From Dehalococcoidia bacterium (GTDB lineage: Bacteria > Chloroflexota > Dehalococcoidia > SHYB01), in NCBI GenBank assembly GCA_034421515.1, contig DAOUKH010000019.1, positions 14,794 through 78,793 of the forward strand: a stretch of DNA of 64,000 bases. Reading direction: 5' to 3'. Made by a program: the position numbers and the translations under genes. Below, piece by piece: positions 54,343 through 63,535 of this stretch. Each line of letters opens with the position of its first letter. The stretch's first letter is position 1. The notes beneath the pieces were generated by a model. The model searched no databases, was not told the DNA's origin, and saw only the letters and a program-made list of their open reading frames with translations.

Positions 54343-56109
54343 TTATCCCTCGGACAGCCAGACGTAGTGGTGGCGGATACGGCTCCAGATTCCAAGGCCG
54401 CCTTCGTGTCCCTCGACTTGCGGTGCGACGGGGGAGAAATTCTCCTGCCATCCGATGTAGATCACCGCGGCGGTCTCTATCATCCGAAGTTGCATTTCGG
54501 TCACGAGCTCTCGGCGTTTGGCAAGGTCCCCCTCCACCGCCTGCTGGTCAAAGAGCTCAATGAGCCTGGCATCCTCCAGGAAGTGGAAGATGTTGGGTTT
54601 GACGTTTTTCGAAGTAGCGTCAGGGTCGGGGAAGGAGATGTTGTGTCCGAAGGTGGTCACGGTGAACGCTTGTTGCTGCCAGGCCTCCAGGGCTTCAGCC
54701 AGAGGCAGGCCATTGGACTCCATCCTGATACCGACCTTGGCCAACTGGTCTATGGCGAAGACCGCCAGGTCCTGCATCCATGCGGCGTGGGTGAAGTGCA
54801 TCAACTCGCTATCGAATCCGTCGGGGAAGCCGGCCTCGGCGAGTAACCGCCGGGCCTCTTCGCGGTCCTGCTCTTTATCGGCGCCCCTTCGGAATCCCGG
54901 AAGCGCGAAGAGCTCCTCGTCGGAGAGACCCCATCCGGGGGAGACGATGGGGCCGGCGGGCTTGTACAGGTTCTCGTTGAGCTCGACGGCTTCCCAGCGG
55001 TCGATGGCCAAGTTGGCGGCCTGCCGCACGCGCTGATCGTTCCAAGGTTCAGCCTCGGGGTTTATGAGGAGCGTCGATATCTGGAGCATGTCCCACGGCG
55101 TCGGCTTGAGGTCGGGGACGCTTCGCTGCAATCGCTCTACCTGGGCTCCATCGATCCCTACGCGCGGGTCGAGCAGCATGATTTGTCCGGTGCGGAAGCC
55201 GGCGATGCTGGTCTCCAGGTCGCGGATCATGAAGGTCTTGACGCCGTCCAGGTAGGGCAGCTGCGTGCCGTCGACCGTCTCGAAGTAGTTGGGGTTCCGG
55301 GTGAGCTCGGCGGTCTCACCCTTCACGTATTCGCCTTCTATGAAGGGGCCGGTGCCGATGTTCGGGCCGTTGGAGAGGTCCCCGCCATTGGCCTCGTACA
55401 CGTGCTGGGGCACGATGGGGACGAAGATGAGGCCGAGGATCTGGAGCACGGAAGCCTGCGGCCGCTCGAGATTCAGCACGAGGGTGGCGTCGTCCGGGGC
55501 CTCTATCGTGGCGATCGCGGGCAGTTCGGCGGCGTGGCCGCCCTCCGCCATGAGGGTCTCCAGACCCCACTTGGCGTCGGCGGCAGTGAATGCCTGGCCA
55601 TCGTGCCAATTGACGCCGGATCGCATCGTAAAGGTGTACTGCGTGAGATCGGAGCCTATCTCCCAGCTTTCCGCCAAGTCCGGAATGATCTCGGTCACCG
55701 GTTGCCTTGGGTTGTATTGGACTAGGCCGCTATAGATGTTGCCCCAATGGAGGTAGTACTGGCTGGTGACGGCCTTGATGGGGTCGATATCGGGCGGGTC
55801 GCCTCCCGCGACGGTCAGGGTGCCGCCCCGGCGTGGCTGAGGGCCTGTGGGCGGAGCGGCCGTCGGAGCAGGCTCCGGTGTGGCCGTGGGTGGGACCGCG
55901 GTCGCCGGTGGAGGAGCCGGAGCGTCGCTCCCTGCCTGCCCTTGCGGGCCCTCTGGTCCTGCGGGTCCTGCCGGTCCTGCTGGGCCCGCCGGTCCTGCCG
56001 GCCCCGCCGGCCCTGCGGGGCCCGCCGGTCCTGCCGGCCCCTCGCAGGCGGCGAACACCAAGGAGAGAATGACGGCAAACGCGGCGAAAACAACTAGGCG
56101 GCCCTTCAT
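54343..56109 (-). CDS. ABC transporter substrate-binding lipoprotein (family 5, peptide/nickel type) with collagen-like N-terminal tract
   Basis: An AAGGAGG ribosome-binding site precedes the ATG. Lipobox ...LVFAAC. It is followed by (GPA)9-GPE-GPQ-GQA-GSD, a Pro/Ala/Thr linker, and then an SBP_bac_5-like body. Confidence 0.9.
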   Translation of the reverse strand: MKGRLVVFAAFAVILSLVFAACEGPAGPAGPAGPAGPAGPAGPAGPAGPAGPEGPQGQAGSDAPAPPPATAVPPTATPEPAPTAAPPTGPQPRRGGTLTVAGGDPPDIDPIKAVTSQYYLHWGNIYSGLVQYNPRQPVTEIIPDLAESWEIGSDLTQYTFTMRSGVNWHDGQAFTAADAKWGLETLMAEGGHAAELPAIATIEAPDDATLVLNLERPQASVLQILGLIFVPIVPQHVYEANGGDLSNGPNIGTGPFIEGEYVKGETAELTRNPNYFETVDGTQLPYLDGVKTFMIRDLETSIAGFRTGQIMLLDPRVGIDGAQVERLQRSVPDLKPTPWDMLQISTLLINPEAEPWNDQRVRQAANLAIDRWEAVELNENLYKPAGPIVSPGWGLSDEELFALPGFRRGADKEQDREEARRLLAEAGFPDGFDSELMHFTHAAWMQDLAVFAIDQLAKVGIRMESNGLPLAEALEAWQQQAFTVTTFGHNISFPDPDATSKNVKPNIFHFLEDARLIELFDQQAVEGDLAKRRELVTEMQLRMIETAAVIYIGWQENFSPVAPQVEGHEGGLGIWSRIRHHYVWLSEG

Positions 56110-56172
56110 ATCCAGCCTCCTTGGCGTGGTCTCGTGCGGTAAGCGTTACTTCTTTCGTCGTCGGTAAGGCGC

Positions 56173-57873
56173 CTACGCGACCATGTCGTAGCTGCGGAGC
56201 AGTTTGCCGGGTAGGGCGCCGGTGCAGTTGTTCTCTTCGAATGTGACGGTGCCGTTCACGATGGTGTAGCGGAGGCCGGTGGGCTTCTGAATGATCCGGC
56301 GCTCCCCGCCGGGGAAGTCGGTGGCGAAGACGGGCTTGGGGTACATGTAGCCCAGCTTGTCGAAGTCGTAGACGATGATGTCGGCCCAGGCGCCCAGTTG
56401 CAGGATGCCGCGGTCCTTGAAGTCGGCGAACCACGCGGGATAGGCGCTCATCTTGACGTGGGCCTCTTCGAGGGTCATGAGCTCTTTGTCCCGGACCCAG
56501 TGCGCCAAGAAATTGACGGGCCAAGTGCTCACGGTGAAGTATCGGGTGTGCGCGCCTCCGTCCGATAGAGAGATGTGGAAGTAGGGGTGCTTGATGAGGG
56601 GCGCGAGCCCTTCTTCCCCAGGGTCCCCGGCGCCCGACTTGTTCATGAATTCAGTCTCGAGGTCTTCGTCGAGGGCGAGATCGAGGAGCGCGTCGAGGGG
56701 ATGTTTCCCGTCCATTTGGGCGATCTCTTCGATCGTTTTCCCCTCGTACTTGCGGTTTCGCTCGTGAGCGACTTCCACGACCACGAAGGTGTCCCAATCC
56801 GTACGCGTGGTAATGCCGCTCTGACCTTCCACATCGCGTTTCATGGCGGCGCGGGTCGCCGGGTCACGTAGCTTGGCGGCTCGCTCCTCGGCGCTGCCGA
56901 CCATGGGCTGCACCCAGTTGGGGTAGATGTCGAAGAGGTTGTACTCGGAGATTTTGAAGATGGCGTCGGGGTAGATGGTGGGCTGCTGAATCAGCAGGGG
57001 GAGGCCCTCCGCACGAGACTCGTTCAGCCAGACCATGTCCTCAGGGGTCGCGAAGATGCAGTTGATGTGCGCGGGGCGCCCGCAAATCCGCATCATCTTG
57101 CTCACGAGCTTGTGCTGGGCCGGGCGGTCGTCAAAGATGGGGACGCCAATGGTCCAGCCGATGTGACCGACGCCGAATTCTCCCAGGACCTCGGCCATTG
57201 CTAGGAATTCCTCGTCGGAAGTAACGTGGGTGGGCAGGTAGCCGCCGTCGTCGGGACGGTCCTCGGCGCTCTTGTTGGCGGAGAAGCCGAAGGCCCCGGC
57301 TTTCATGGCGTCGTAGAAGATCTGCTTGATTTGGTTGATCTCCGCATCCGTCGCCGACGTTCTCTGACGGGACTCGAGCATGCCCATGACGTAGCCCCGC
57401 ATGGGCGACATGGGGAAGAGCGCCCCGATATTGAGTCCCAGGCCCTGGCTGTCCAAGCTATCGAGATATTCGGGGAAGGTCTCCCAGTCCCAGCGCATGC
57501 CCTTCTGCATCGAGTGGAGCGGGATGGCCTCGACGCGGTTCATCATGCGCATGTTCAGCTCTCGGTCCTCGGGCCGCGTGGGGGCGAAGCCGAAGCCGCA
57601 CTGGCCGATAGTGAGGGAAGTCACGCCGAACCAGCCGGACATGGAGCAATAGGGGTCCCAGTTGACCTGAGCGTCGTAATGGGTGTGCAGGTCGACGGCG
57701 CCGGGGCCGACAATGCAGCCGCTGGCGTCAAGCTCTCTCGCGCCCCCCGCGTTGATCTTGCCGCTGATCATGGCGATCCTGCCGTCCTTGACGGCGAGGT
57801 CCGCCTTATACCGGGGAAGGCCTCTTCCGTCGACGATCGTGCCGCCGCGGATGACCAGATCGTACGTCGCCAT
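56173..57873 (-). CDS. N-acyl-D-amino-acid deacylase (D-aminoacylase) family amidohydrolase
   Basis: YDLVIRGGTIVDG.G.P....DLAVKDGRI..I........E.DA.G.IV.PG.VD.HTHYD is the family N-terminus. 566 aa. Confidence 0.85.
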   Translation of the reverse strand: MATYDLVIRGGTIVDGRGLPRYKADLAVKDGRIAMISGKINAGGARELDASGCIVGPGAVDLHTHYDAQVNWDPYCSMSGWFGVTSLTIGQCGFGFAPTRPEDRELNMRMMNRVEAIPLHSMQKGMRWDWETFPEYLDSLDSQGLGLNIGALFPMSPMRGYVMGMLESRQRTSATDAEINQIKQIFYDAMKAGAFGFSANKSAEDRPDDGGYLPTHVTSDEEFLAMAEVLGEFGVGHIGWTIGVPIFDDRPAQHKLVSKMMRICGRPAHINCIFATPEDMVWLNESRAEGLPLLIQQPTIYPDAIFKISEYNLFDIYPNWVQPMVGSAEERAAKLRDPATRAAMKRDVEGQSGITTRTDWDTFVVVEVAHERNRKYEGKTIEEIAQMDGKHPLDALLDLALDEDLETEFMNKSGAGDPGEEGLAPLIKHPYFHISLSDGGAHTRYFTVSTWPVNFLAHWVRDKELMTLEEAHVKMSAYPAWFADFKDRGILQLGAWADIIVYDFDKLGYMYPKPVFATDFPGGERRIIQKPTGLRYTIVNGTVTFEENNCTGALPGKLLRSYDMVA

Positions 57874-58001
57874 ACTCTCCTCCTGCCGTCTCCTCTAACC
57901 CGTCGTGCTGTGGTGCGTGTACTTCTGCTTCGTCCCGAGACGCCCCCGGAACGAATCGCCACCGTTGCGGCAGGGGCGATTCGCTTGTGAGGCCGGGAGC
58001 G

Positions 58002-59783
58002 TTACTCGTCGAGCCAAACGTGGTCGAGGCGCGGCGCGTGGAGCCAGACGCCCTTCGGTGGGAAGAAGTTCTTCACCTTCGCCTGGGAGGGCCAGAAGCC
58101 CTGTCCCCACGCGATGGGGATTTGCCCAAGCGTCTCGAGCATGCGGCGCTGCATCTCGTAGACGATCTCGCGCCGCTTGTCGGGGTCTTGCTCGGCCCGC
58201 TGCTGGGCGTAGAGCTCGTTGGTGCGTTCGTCGACGTGGACGTTGGAGAAGGGCTGGACCGAGATGTTGTACGAGTTGGCGTCGGGGTCGATGTAGAGCA
58301 CCGACGATTCCACCGGGAACAGGTCGAAGTCGTTTGAGACCGCCCTGGGGACGAGCTCGGGGAACGGCAATGGCGACGACTTCACGCGGATGCCGACCTT
58401 GGCGAGCTGGTCGACGACGAAGACTTGCAGCTTCACTAGCCGCGCCACGGGTTCCACGGTGACGGCCTCGGTATCGAACCCGTCGGGGTAACCGGCCTCG
58501 GCAAGAAGCCGCATGGCTTCATCTATGTCCTGCTGCTTATCAGCGCCTTGGCGGTAGCCCGGCATGGCAAGCAGCTCCGCTTCGGGCAACTCCCATCCCG
58601 GTGCGAATGCGGGACCCGCGGGCCTGGTCACGTCGTCCAAGACTTCCAGAGCCTCGAACCGGTCGATGGCGAGGAAGATGGCGCGCCTCACGCGCACGTC
58701 GGTAAAGGGCTCGCGCTCGGTGTTGATGATGACGATCTTGGAGGACAGCCGGTCGTAGGGGTTCGGGCTGAGGTCGGGCACGTCGCCCTGGAGCTGGGCA
58801 AGCTGCACCTTATTGATGTCGGTGACGCCGGGGCCCAGCAGGTCCACCCTGCCGGTCCGGAAGGCCGCGATACGTGTCGCCTCGTCGCCGATCATGAGGT
58901 AACGGATGGCGTCCAGGTATGGCTTGCCTTCCAGGTAGTAGCCGTCGAAGCGGCTGAAGTCGACGGACTCGCCCCGGACGTACTCGCCCGCCAGGAACGG
59001 CCCGGTGCCCACGGTCGGCCCCTCCGAGATGTCGCCGGCGGCGGCCTCCCATACGTGCTGGGCGACGATCGGGGCCTGGATGATCCCAAGGACCGCCACT
59101 AGAGACGCTCTAGGGGCGTTCAGCGTGATCCGCAAGGTGTCGTCGCCGACCGTCTCAATAGCGGTCACCGACTCCAACTCCGGTATCATTCGCGGGTTTT
59201 CGTCCTTCAGGACCTGGACGCCAAACTGGGCGTCGCCGACGGTAAAGTCCTGACCATCGTGCCACTTGACGCCCTGCCGGATCTTGAACGTGTAGACCGT
59301 CGATCCGTCGCTGACTTCCCATCCGGTTGCCAGGTCGGGGACGACGTCTTCGAGCGGCTCCTGGAAGTTGTAGCGCACCAGTTGGCTATAGGACTGCCCC
59401 CACATGTGCAGGAGCTGGACGGAGGTGGCGCGGGCGACGTCGAGGTTCGGAGGATCACCCGATGAGGCGGCAATTAACGTTCCACCGTACTCGCCTTCGG
59501 GCAAGGACGGCGCCGCAGTGGGCTGGGGCATAGCGGTGGCTGCCGGCACCGCTGTCGGCGCGGGCGGGGGAGCCGGAGCATCGCCCCCGGCCGGCCCTTC
59601 GGGCCCTGCCGGTCCTGATGGGCCCGCCGGTCCTGACGGCCCTGCCGGCCCCGCCGGCCCTGCCGGTCCCGCCGGCCCCGGCGGTCCTGCCGGGCCCTCG
59701 CAGGCGGCGACGATAAGCGCAAGCACGGCCAGCGCGCCAATCAGGAGATACAGCTTCCGTAATCGAGACCGTTGGTTCGTCAT
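58002..59783 (-). CDS. ABC transporter substrate-binding lipoprotein (family 5), paralog with collagen-like N-terminal tract
   Basis: ATG 59783 lies 7 nt after GGAGGG. Lipobox ...LIVAAC followed by 12 G-X-Y triplets (GPA/GPP/GPS/GPE). Confidence 0.9.
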   Translation of the reverse strand: MTNQRSRLRKLYLLIGALAVLALIVAACEGPAGPPGPAGPAGPAGPAGPSGPAGPSGPAGPEGPAGGDAPAPPPAPTAVPAATAMPQPTAAPSLPEGEYGGTLIAASSGDPPNLDVARATSVQLLHMWGQSYSQLVRYNFQEPLEDVVPDLATGWEVSDGSTVYTFKIRQGVKWHDGQDFTVGDAQFGVQVLKDENPRMIPELESVTAIETVGDDTLRITLNAPRASLVAVLGIIQAPIVAQHVWEAAAGDISEGPTVGTGPFLAGEYVRGESVDFSRFDGYYLEGKPYLDAIRYLMIGDEATRIAAFRTGRVDLLGPGVTDINKVQLAQLQGDVPDLSPNPYDRLSSKIVIINTEREPFTDVRVRRAIFLAIDRFEALEVLDDVTRPAGPAFAPGWELPEAELLAMPGYRQGADKQQDIDEAMRLLAEAGYPDGFDTEAVTVEPVARLVKLQVFVVDQLAKVGIRVKSSPLPFPELVPRAVSNDFDLFPVESSVLYIDPDANSYNISVQPFSNVHVDERTNELYAQQRAEQDPDKRREIVYEMQRRMLETLGQIPIAWGQGFWPSQAKVKNFFPPKGVWLHAPRLDHVWLDE

Positions 59784-59826
59784 CACGGTTCCCTCCGTTT
59801 GATCGTGGTGGCGGCTCAGGCCGACG

Positions 59827-60978
59827 CTATGCTGGTGTGAATTTGAAGATCTTGGCTGCCGTCTCCGAGGTGATCTTGCGGCGTTCCTCGTCGGGGACGC
59901 CCTCGAAAATTCTGTCTAGGAACTGCATGGAGTGGGGCCAGGTGGACTCCGCGTGGGGGAAGTCGTTGCCCCAGAGCATGTTGTCCACGCCGATGATGTG
60001 GCGCATCTGGATGCCGGCGTCGTCTTCCATGAACTCCACGAAGAAGTTCTCGCGCCAGTAGTCGCTGGGCATGAACCCCTGCTTGGACCGCCAGCCCAGC
60101 TTGCGGCTCTGCGCCGGACGTTCCATGTAGATGAAGTCCATCTGCTTGAGCCAGTGGGGAATCCACGCGGTCTCGTGCTCGACGGAGCCGACCTTCAGCT
60201 TCGGGTAGCGGTCGAAGACGCCGGCGAAGATCATGCAGGTCATCGAGTACCTGACCCAGTAGTCGATGGTCGCGAAGCCGGCGGCGGTGAGATCGGAGGT
60301 GTCGATGGTGAGCTCGCAGCCCGGGATGCCGCCGCGATTGCTCCCGATGTGGAGCAGCAGCGGCATATCCAGGTCTTGGGCGGTCCACCACAGCTTCTCG
60401 TAGACGGGGTCGCGGTAGGGCCGTTCCCAGAGGGGCGACGACGGAATGAAGACGCCCACCAGCCCCATCTCGGCGCAGTGCTCCATCTCGGCGCAGGCCT
60501 CGTCGACATCGTCGACGTTGAGGACGCCGATGCCCTTGAGCCGGTCGGGGTAGGGCTCGCAGAACTCGGAGATCCAGTCGTTATAGGCGCGGCAGGTCGC
60601 GGTTATGATCTCGTGGTCGGTCAGCCGGTACCAGAAGAGGCCCTGACTTGGCTGAGGGCATGCCGCCCAGACCCCGTCCATCTCCAGCTCCTTGAGCATC
60701 TCGTGGGGGTCGTAGGCGGCCTTCCGCACGTCGTCCCAGAAGCCTAGAAAGTCGATCTTCTCGGGGTCTTCGAAGCGCTGGCCGGCCTTGACGAAGGTGC
60801 CCAACATCCCGGCCTCTTGGCCTTCGACGATCCAGACGTCGTACTCTTGGCCGCCCTTCGTCATGCGGCGCTCAACGCGCGGGGCCCGGTCCCTTAAGCC
60901 GGGCTCGAACCTAGAGGTGTAGAGGTCGGGAGGTTCGACGACGTGCGTATCAGCAGAAATAACCTTGTAATCACCCAT
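59827..60978 (-). CDS. amidohydrolase_2 family protein, paralog 3
   Basis: MGDYKVISADTHVVEPPDLY...; C-terminal ...LWGNDFPHAESTWP.... Confidence 0.85.
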   Translation of the reverse strand: MGDYKVISADTHVVEPPDLYTSRFEPGLRDRAPRVERRMTKGGQEYDVWIVEGQEAGMLGTFVKAGQRFEDPEKIDFLGFWDDVRKAAYDPHEMLKELEMDGVWAACPQPSQGLFWYRLTDHEIITATCRAYNDWISEFCEPYPDRLKGIGVLNVDDVDEACAEMEHCAEMGLVGVFIPSSPLWERPYRDPVYEKLWWTAQDLDMPLLLHIGSNRGGIPGCELTIDTSDLTAAGFATIDYWVRYSMTCMIFAGVFDRYPKLKVGSVEHETAWIPHWLKQMDFIYMERPAQSRKLGWRSKQGFMPSDYWRENFFVEFMEDDAGIQMRHIIGVDNMLWGNDFPHAESTWPHSMQFLDRIFEGVPDEERRKITSETAAKIFKFTPA

Positions 60979-61085
60979 GAAAAACCCCCCTCCTCAGCGC
61001 CCCGCTAAGTGGGGACGGTATAGCATTGCGCCTCTGGAATGTCAAGGATGCACTTCCGTTGCGTTCCCGCAATGTGCGACCGCAT

Positions 61086-61400
61086 TTAGTTATCTAATTC
61101 GACGTAGATCGTGTCTCCCCGAACCGTGGTCTCGTAGCGGGGAACGCCGGTCGTGAAGGGGCCGTCGATGAACGCGCCGGTCCGGACGTCGAACCTGGCG
61201 AAGTGGAGGGGGCACTCGACGATGGCGTCCTCCAGAAACCCTTGCGCCAGCGAGGCCCGGGCATGCGTGCAGGTGTCGCTGAGGATGTGGAAGGCGCCGT
61301 CGACGTTGGCCAGCAGCAGGCGCTCCCTATTGGCCACGACGAGCTTCATCTCGCCGGGCGGCACATCGGAAATCTTCGCGACCGGATATTCCTTCGCCAT
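61086..61400 (-). CDS. Rieske [2Fe-2S] ferredoxin-like protein
   Basis: 104 aa with CTH...x...CPLH (Rieske ligands). ATG at 61400. Confidence 0.8.
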   Translation of the reverse strand: MAKEYPVAKISDVPPGEMKLVVANRERLLLANVDGAFHILSDTCTHARASLAQGFLEDAIVECPLHFARFDVRTGAFIDGPFTTGVPRYETTVRGDTIYVELDN

Positions 61401-61422
61401 CGTCGTCGTGCTCGGGATACGG

Positions 61423-62331
61423 TCAGCGGCCCCGCAGCCTGGGGTCGAGGGAGTCACGCAGGACGTCGCCCACAAGGTTAAAACTTAGCACGCTCATGAA
61501 GACGAAGAGGGCGGGAAAGACCGCCAGCCATGGGGCCCGCTCGGCGAATTCGCGAGCGCCTTCGGACAGCATCGCCCCCCAGGAGGGCGCGGGTGGCGGC
61601 GAGGCGACTCCGAGGAAGGACAGCGCCGAAGCGACGATGATCGCCCAGCTCAACTGCGCGGTCACGATGACGAGATACGGGGCCAACACGTTGGGTCCGA
61701 TGTGCCGCAGGCTGATGCGCCAGTCCGAGGCCCCGAGCGCCCTTGCGGCGGCTATGTAGGGCTCTTCCTTGACGGAGAGGGTCGCCGAGCGGATCACGCG
61801 GTTGGCGATGGGCACGTTGACCGCGGCGATGGCTGCCACGACGTTGAGGTCGCTGCGCCCCAACATAGCCAGGATGGCGAGGGTCAGGACGAGGAGCGGA
61901 ATGGCCATCATGCTGTCCATCAACCGCTGCAGGATGCTGTCCAGCCACCCGCCGTAGTAACCGCTGAGGAGGCCGATAAGGGCTCCGATGGTCACCCCGA
62001 TGGCAACCGAGGTCACCGCGATGGTAAAGACGGAGCGGGTCCCGTCGATCAGCCGGCTGAGCTGGTCGCGACCGAACTCGTCCGTGCCCATCAGGTAGGT
62101 CCCCGATGGGCCGGCGAAGCGGTCTTTGGCGTGGAACTCCAAGGGGTCGAACGGGGCGATGAGCGGTCCAAAGGCGGCGAGGACCCCGAGCAGAACGAGG
62201 ACTAGTACGGCTCCCGCCGCGACGGGGTTGTCCCGCGCGAACCGGGTGGCTCTCGCGCTCCAGCGGCGGACCACGCCGTAGGCGCTCTCGGCGAGACCGC
62301 GGGTGATCGTCATTGTCTGGTCGTTTCGCAC
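61423..62331 (-). CDS. ABC transporter permease (DppC/OppC-like)
   Basis: BPD_transp_1 pattern with the EAA-like loop (...AARALGASDWRISLRHIGPN...). Start at GTG 62331 or ATG 62313. Confidence 0.85.
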   Translation of the reverse strand: MRNDQTMTITRGLAESAYGVVRRWSARATRFARDNPVAAGAVLVLVLLGVLAAFGPLIAPFDPLEFHAKDRFAGPSGTYLMGTDEFGRDQLSRLIDGTRSVFTIAVTSVAIGVTIGALIGLLSGYYGGWLDSILQRLMDSMMAIPLLVLTLAILAMLGRSDLNVVAAIAAVNVPIANRVIRSATLSVKEEPYIAAARALGASDWRISLRHIGPNVLAPYLVIVTAQLSWAIIVASALSFLGVASPPPAPSWGAMLSEGAREFAERAPWLAVFPALFVFMSVLSFNLVGDVLRDSLDPRLRGR

Positions 62332-62349
62332 CGGTGCGTGGAGCTCCCG

Positions 62350-63306
62350 TTACCCGTATCGAATCCGAGGGTCGAGCCAACCGTAGAACAAGTCGATAAT
62401 CAGATTGATGAGCAGGATGGCGAGGGCGAAGATCGTCACCACGGTCTGGAGGGTGACCCAGTCGCGGTTGACGATGGCCTCCAGCAGCTTAAATCCGAGA
62501 CCCGGTATGGCGAAGATGTTCTCGACGATGACGGCCCCGCCGAGGAGCTGGGCGGTCTGAATGCCGGCCACGGTGATCACGGGGAGGAGGGCGTTGCGCA
62601 GGGCATGCCGGATGTAGACGTGCCGCGACCCCAATCCCTTCGACCAAGCGGTGCGGATGTAGTCCTGGCCGAGTACCTCCAGCGTGGTTGAGCGGATCAT
62701 CCGGGCGAGGAAGGCGGCTTGGATGTATCCCAGAATCAAGGCCGGCCAGATCATCTGCTGGAGATTGCTGGCGGGGTTCTCGAAGAAGCCGGCGTAGTCG
62801 AGGGGTGGAATCCAGTTGACGGTGAGGATCAGGACGAGGACGAGCATCGCCCCCACCAGAAAGTCGGGCATGGCCAGCCCAGATATGGCGATGGTCCGCA
62901 TGCCGTAGTCCAAGAGGCTGTTGCGATGCATGGCGCTGAGGATTCCGAGCGGCACCGCGATGACCAGAGAGATGAGGAGTGCCATGATGGTCAGTTGAAT
63001 CGTCGCCGGCAGTGCCCGCGAGATGTCTTCGAAGACAGGGTTTCCCGTCCAGAGTGAGTCGCCGCCTTCCAGCCGCAGCATGCCCCAGACCCAGTTGACG
63101 TACTGCACGTGCCAGGGGTCGTTGAGCCCAAGCTGTTGCTTGAGATCGGCGTACTGCTGGGGGTCGATCTGGGTCGTCCCGCCGCCGGTCAGGATGATGA
63201 GGGCGACGTCGCCGGGGAGAAGGCGCAGGATGATGAAGATGAAGACGGAGACAAGGAAGAGGGTGGGAATGATGAGGAGCAGGCGGCGGATGATGTAGGC
63301 CTGCAC
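62350..63306 (-). CDS. ABC transporter permease (DppB/OppB-like)
   Basis: MQAYIIRRLLLIIPTLF...; the ...YIRTAWSKGLGSRHVYIRHALRNALLPV... EAA loop. GTG start. Confidence 0.9.
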   Translation of the reverse strand: MQAYIIRRLLLIIPTLFLVSVFIFIILRLLPGDVALIILTGGGTTQIDPQQYADLKQQLGLNDPWHVQYVNWVWGMLRLEGGDSLWTGNPVFEDISRALPATIQLTIMALLISLVIAVPLGILSAMHRNSLLDYGMRTIAISGLAMPDFLVGAMLVLVLILTVNWIPPLDYAGFFENPASNLQQMIWPALILGYIQAAFLARMIRSTTLEVLGQDYIRTAWSKGLGSRHVYIRHALRNALLPVITVAGIQTAQLLGGAVIVENIFAIPGLGFKLLEAIVNRDWVTLQTVVTIFALAILLINLIIDLFYGWLDPRIRYG

Positions 63307-63449
63307 GACTTAAGGCTCCTGCGGCGCCTCGGTGACCACGAGTCACGCAAGGCTTAGGGGTTCCCGTATCCCGACGTCCCGACTCGATTGCCGGGAGTAT
63401 ACGTGATTCGCCGTCGCGCGGGCCGGAGAGGCGCCGGCCCCACGCCTCC

Positions 63450-63535
63450 CGCGTGCCCTCTCTCAGTCTCCCCCAGAGGGGGAGAGGTTTAAGGTGGGCG
63501 CCTTATGGGCGCGTGCCCTTTCTCAGTCTCCCCAT
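63450..63535. repeat. interspersed mosaic hairpin repeats, cluster R8
   Basis: CGCGTGCCCTCTCTCAGTCTCCCCCAGAGGGGGAGAGGTTTAAGGTGGGCGCC followed by a second partial GCGCGTGCCCTTTCTCAGTCTCCCC. This is the same module found in R2, R6 and R7. Confidence 0.8.

Noticed and set aside
55847-56167. + strand ORF that also reads GPAGPAGPAG...
   Set aside because: It is a mirror-frame artefact of the 9-bp GGTCCTGCC microsatellite. The - strand gene has a ribosome-binding site, signal peptide, lipobox and full SBP body, whereas the + ORF has none of these.
22384-63535. Possibility that the recurring GC-rich palindromes form a CRISPR array
   Set aside because: The copies are scattered over 40 kb in separate intergenic gaps. 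They have no constant repeat length, no regular spacing and no unique spacers, and there are no cas genes.
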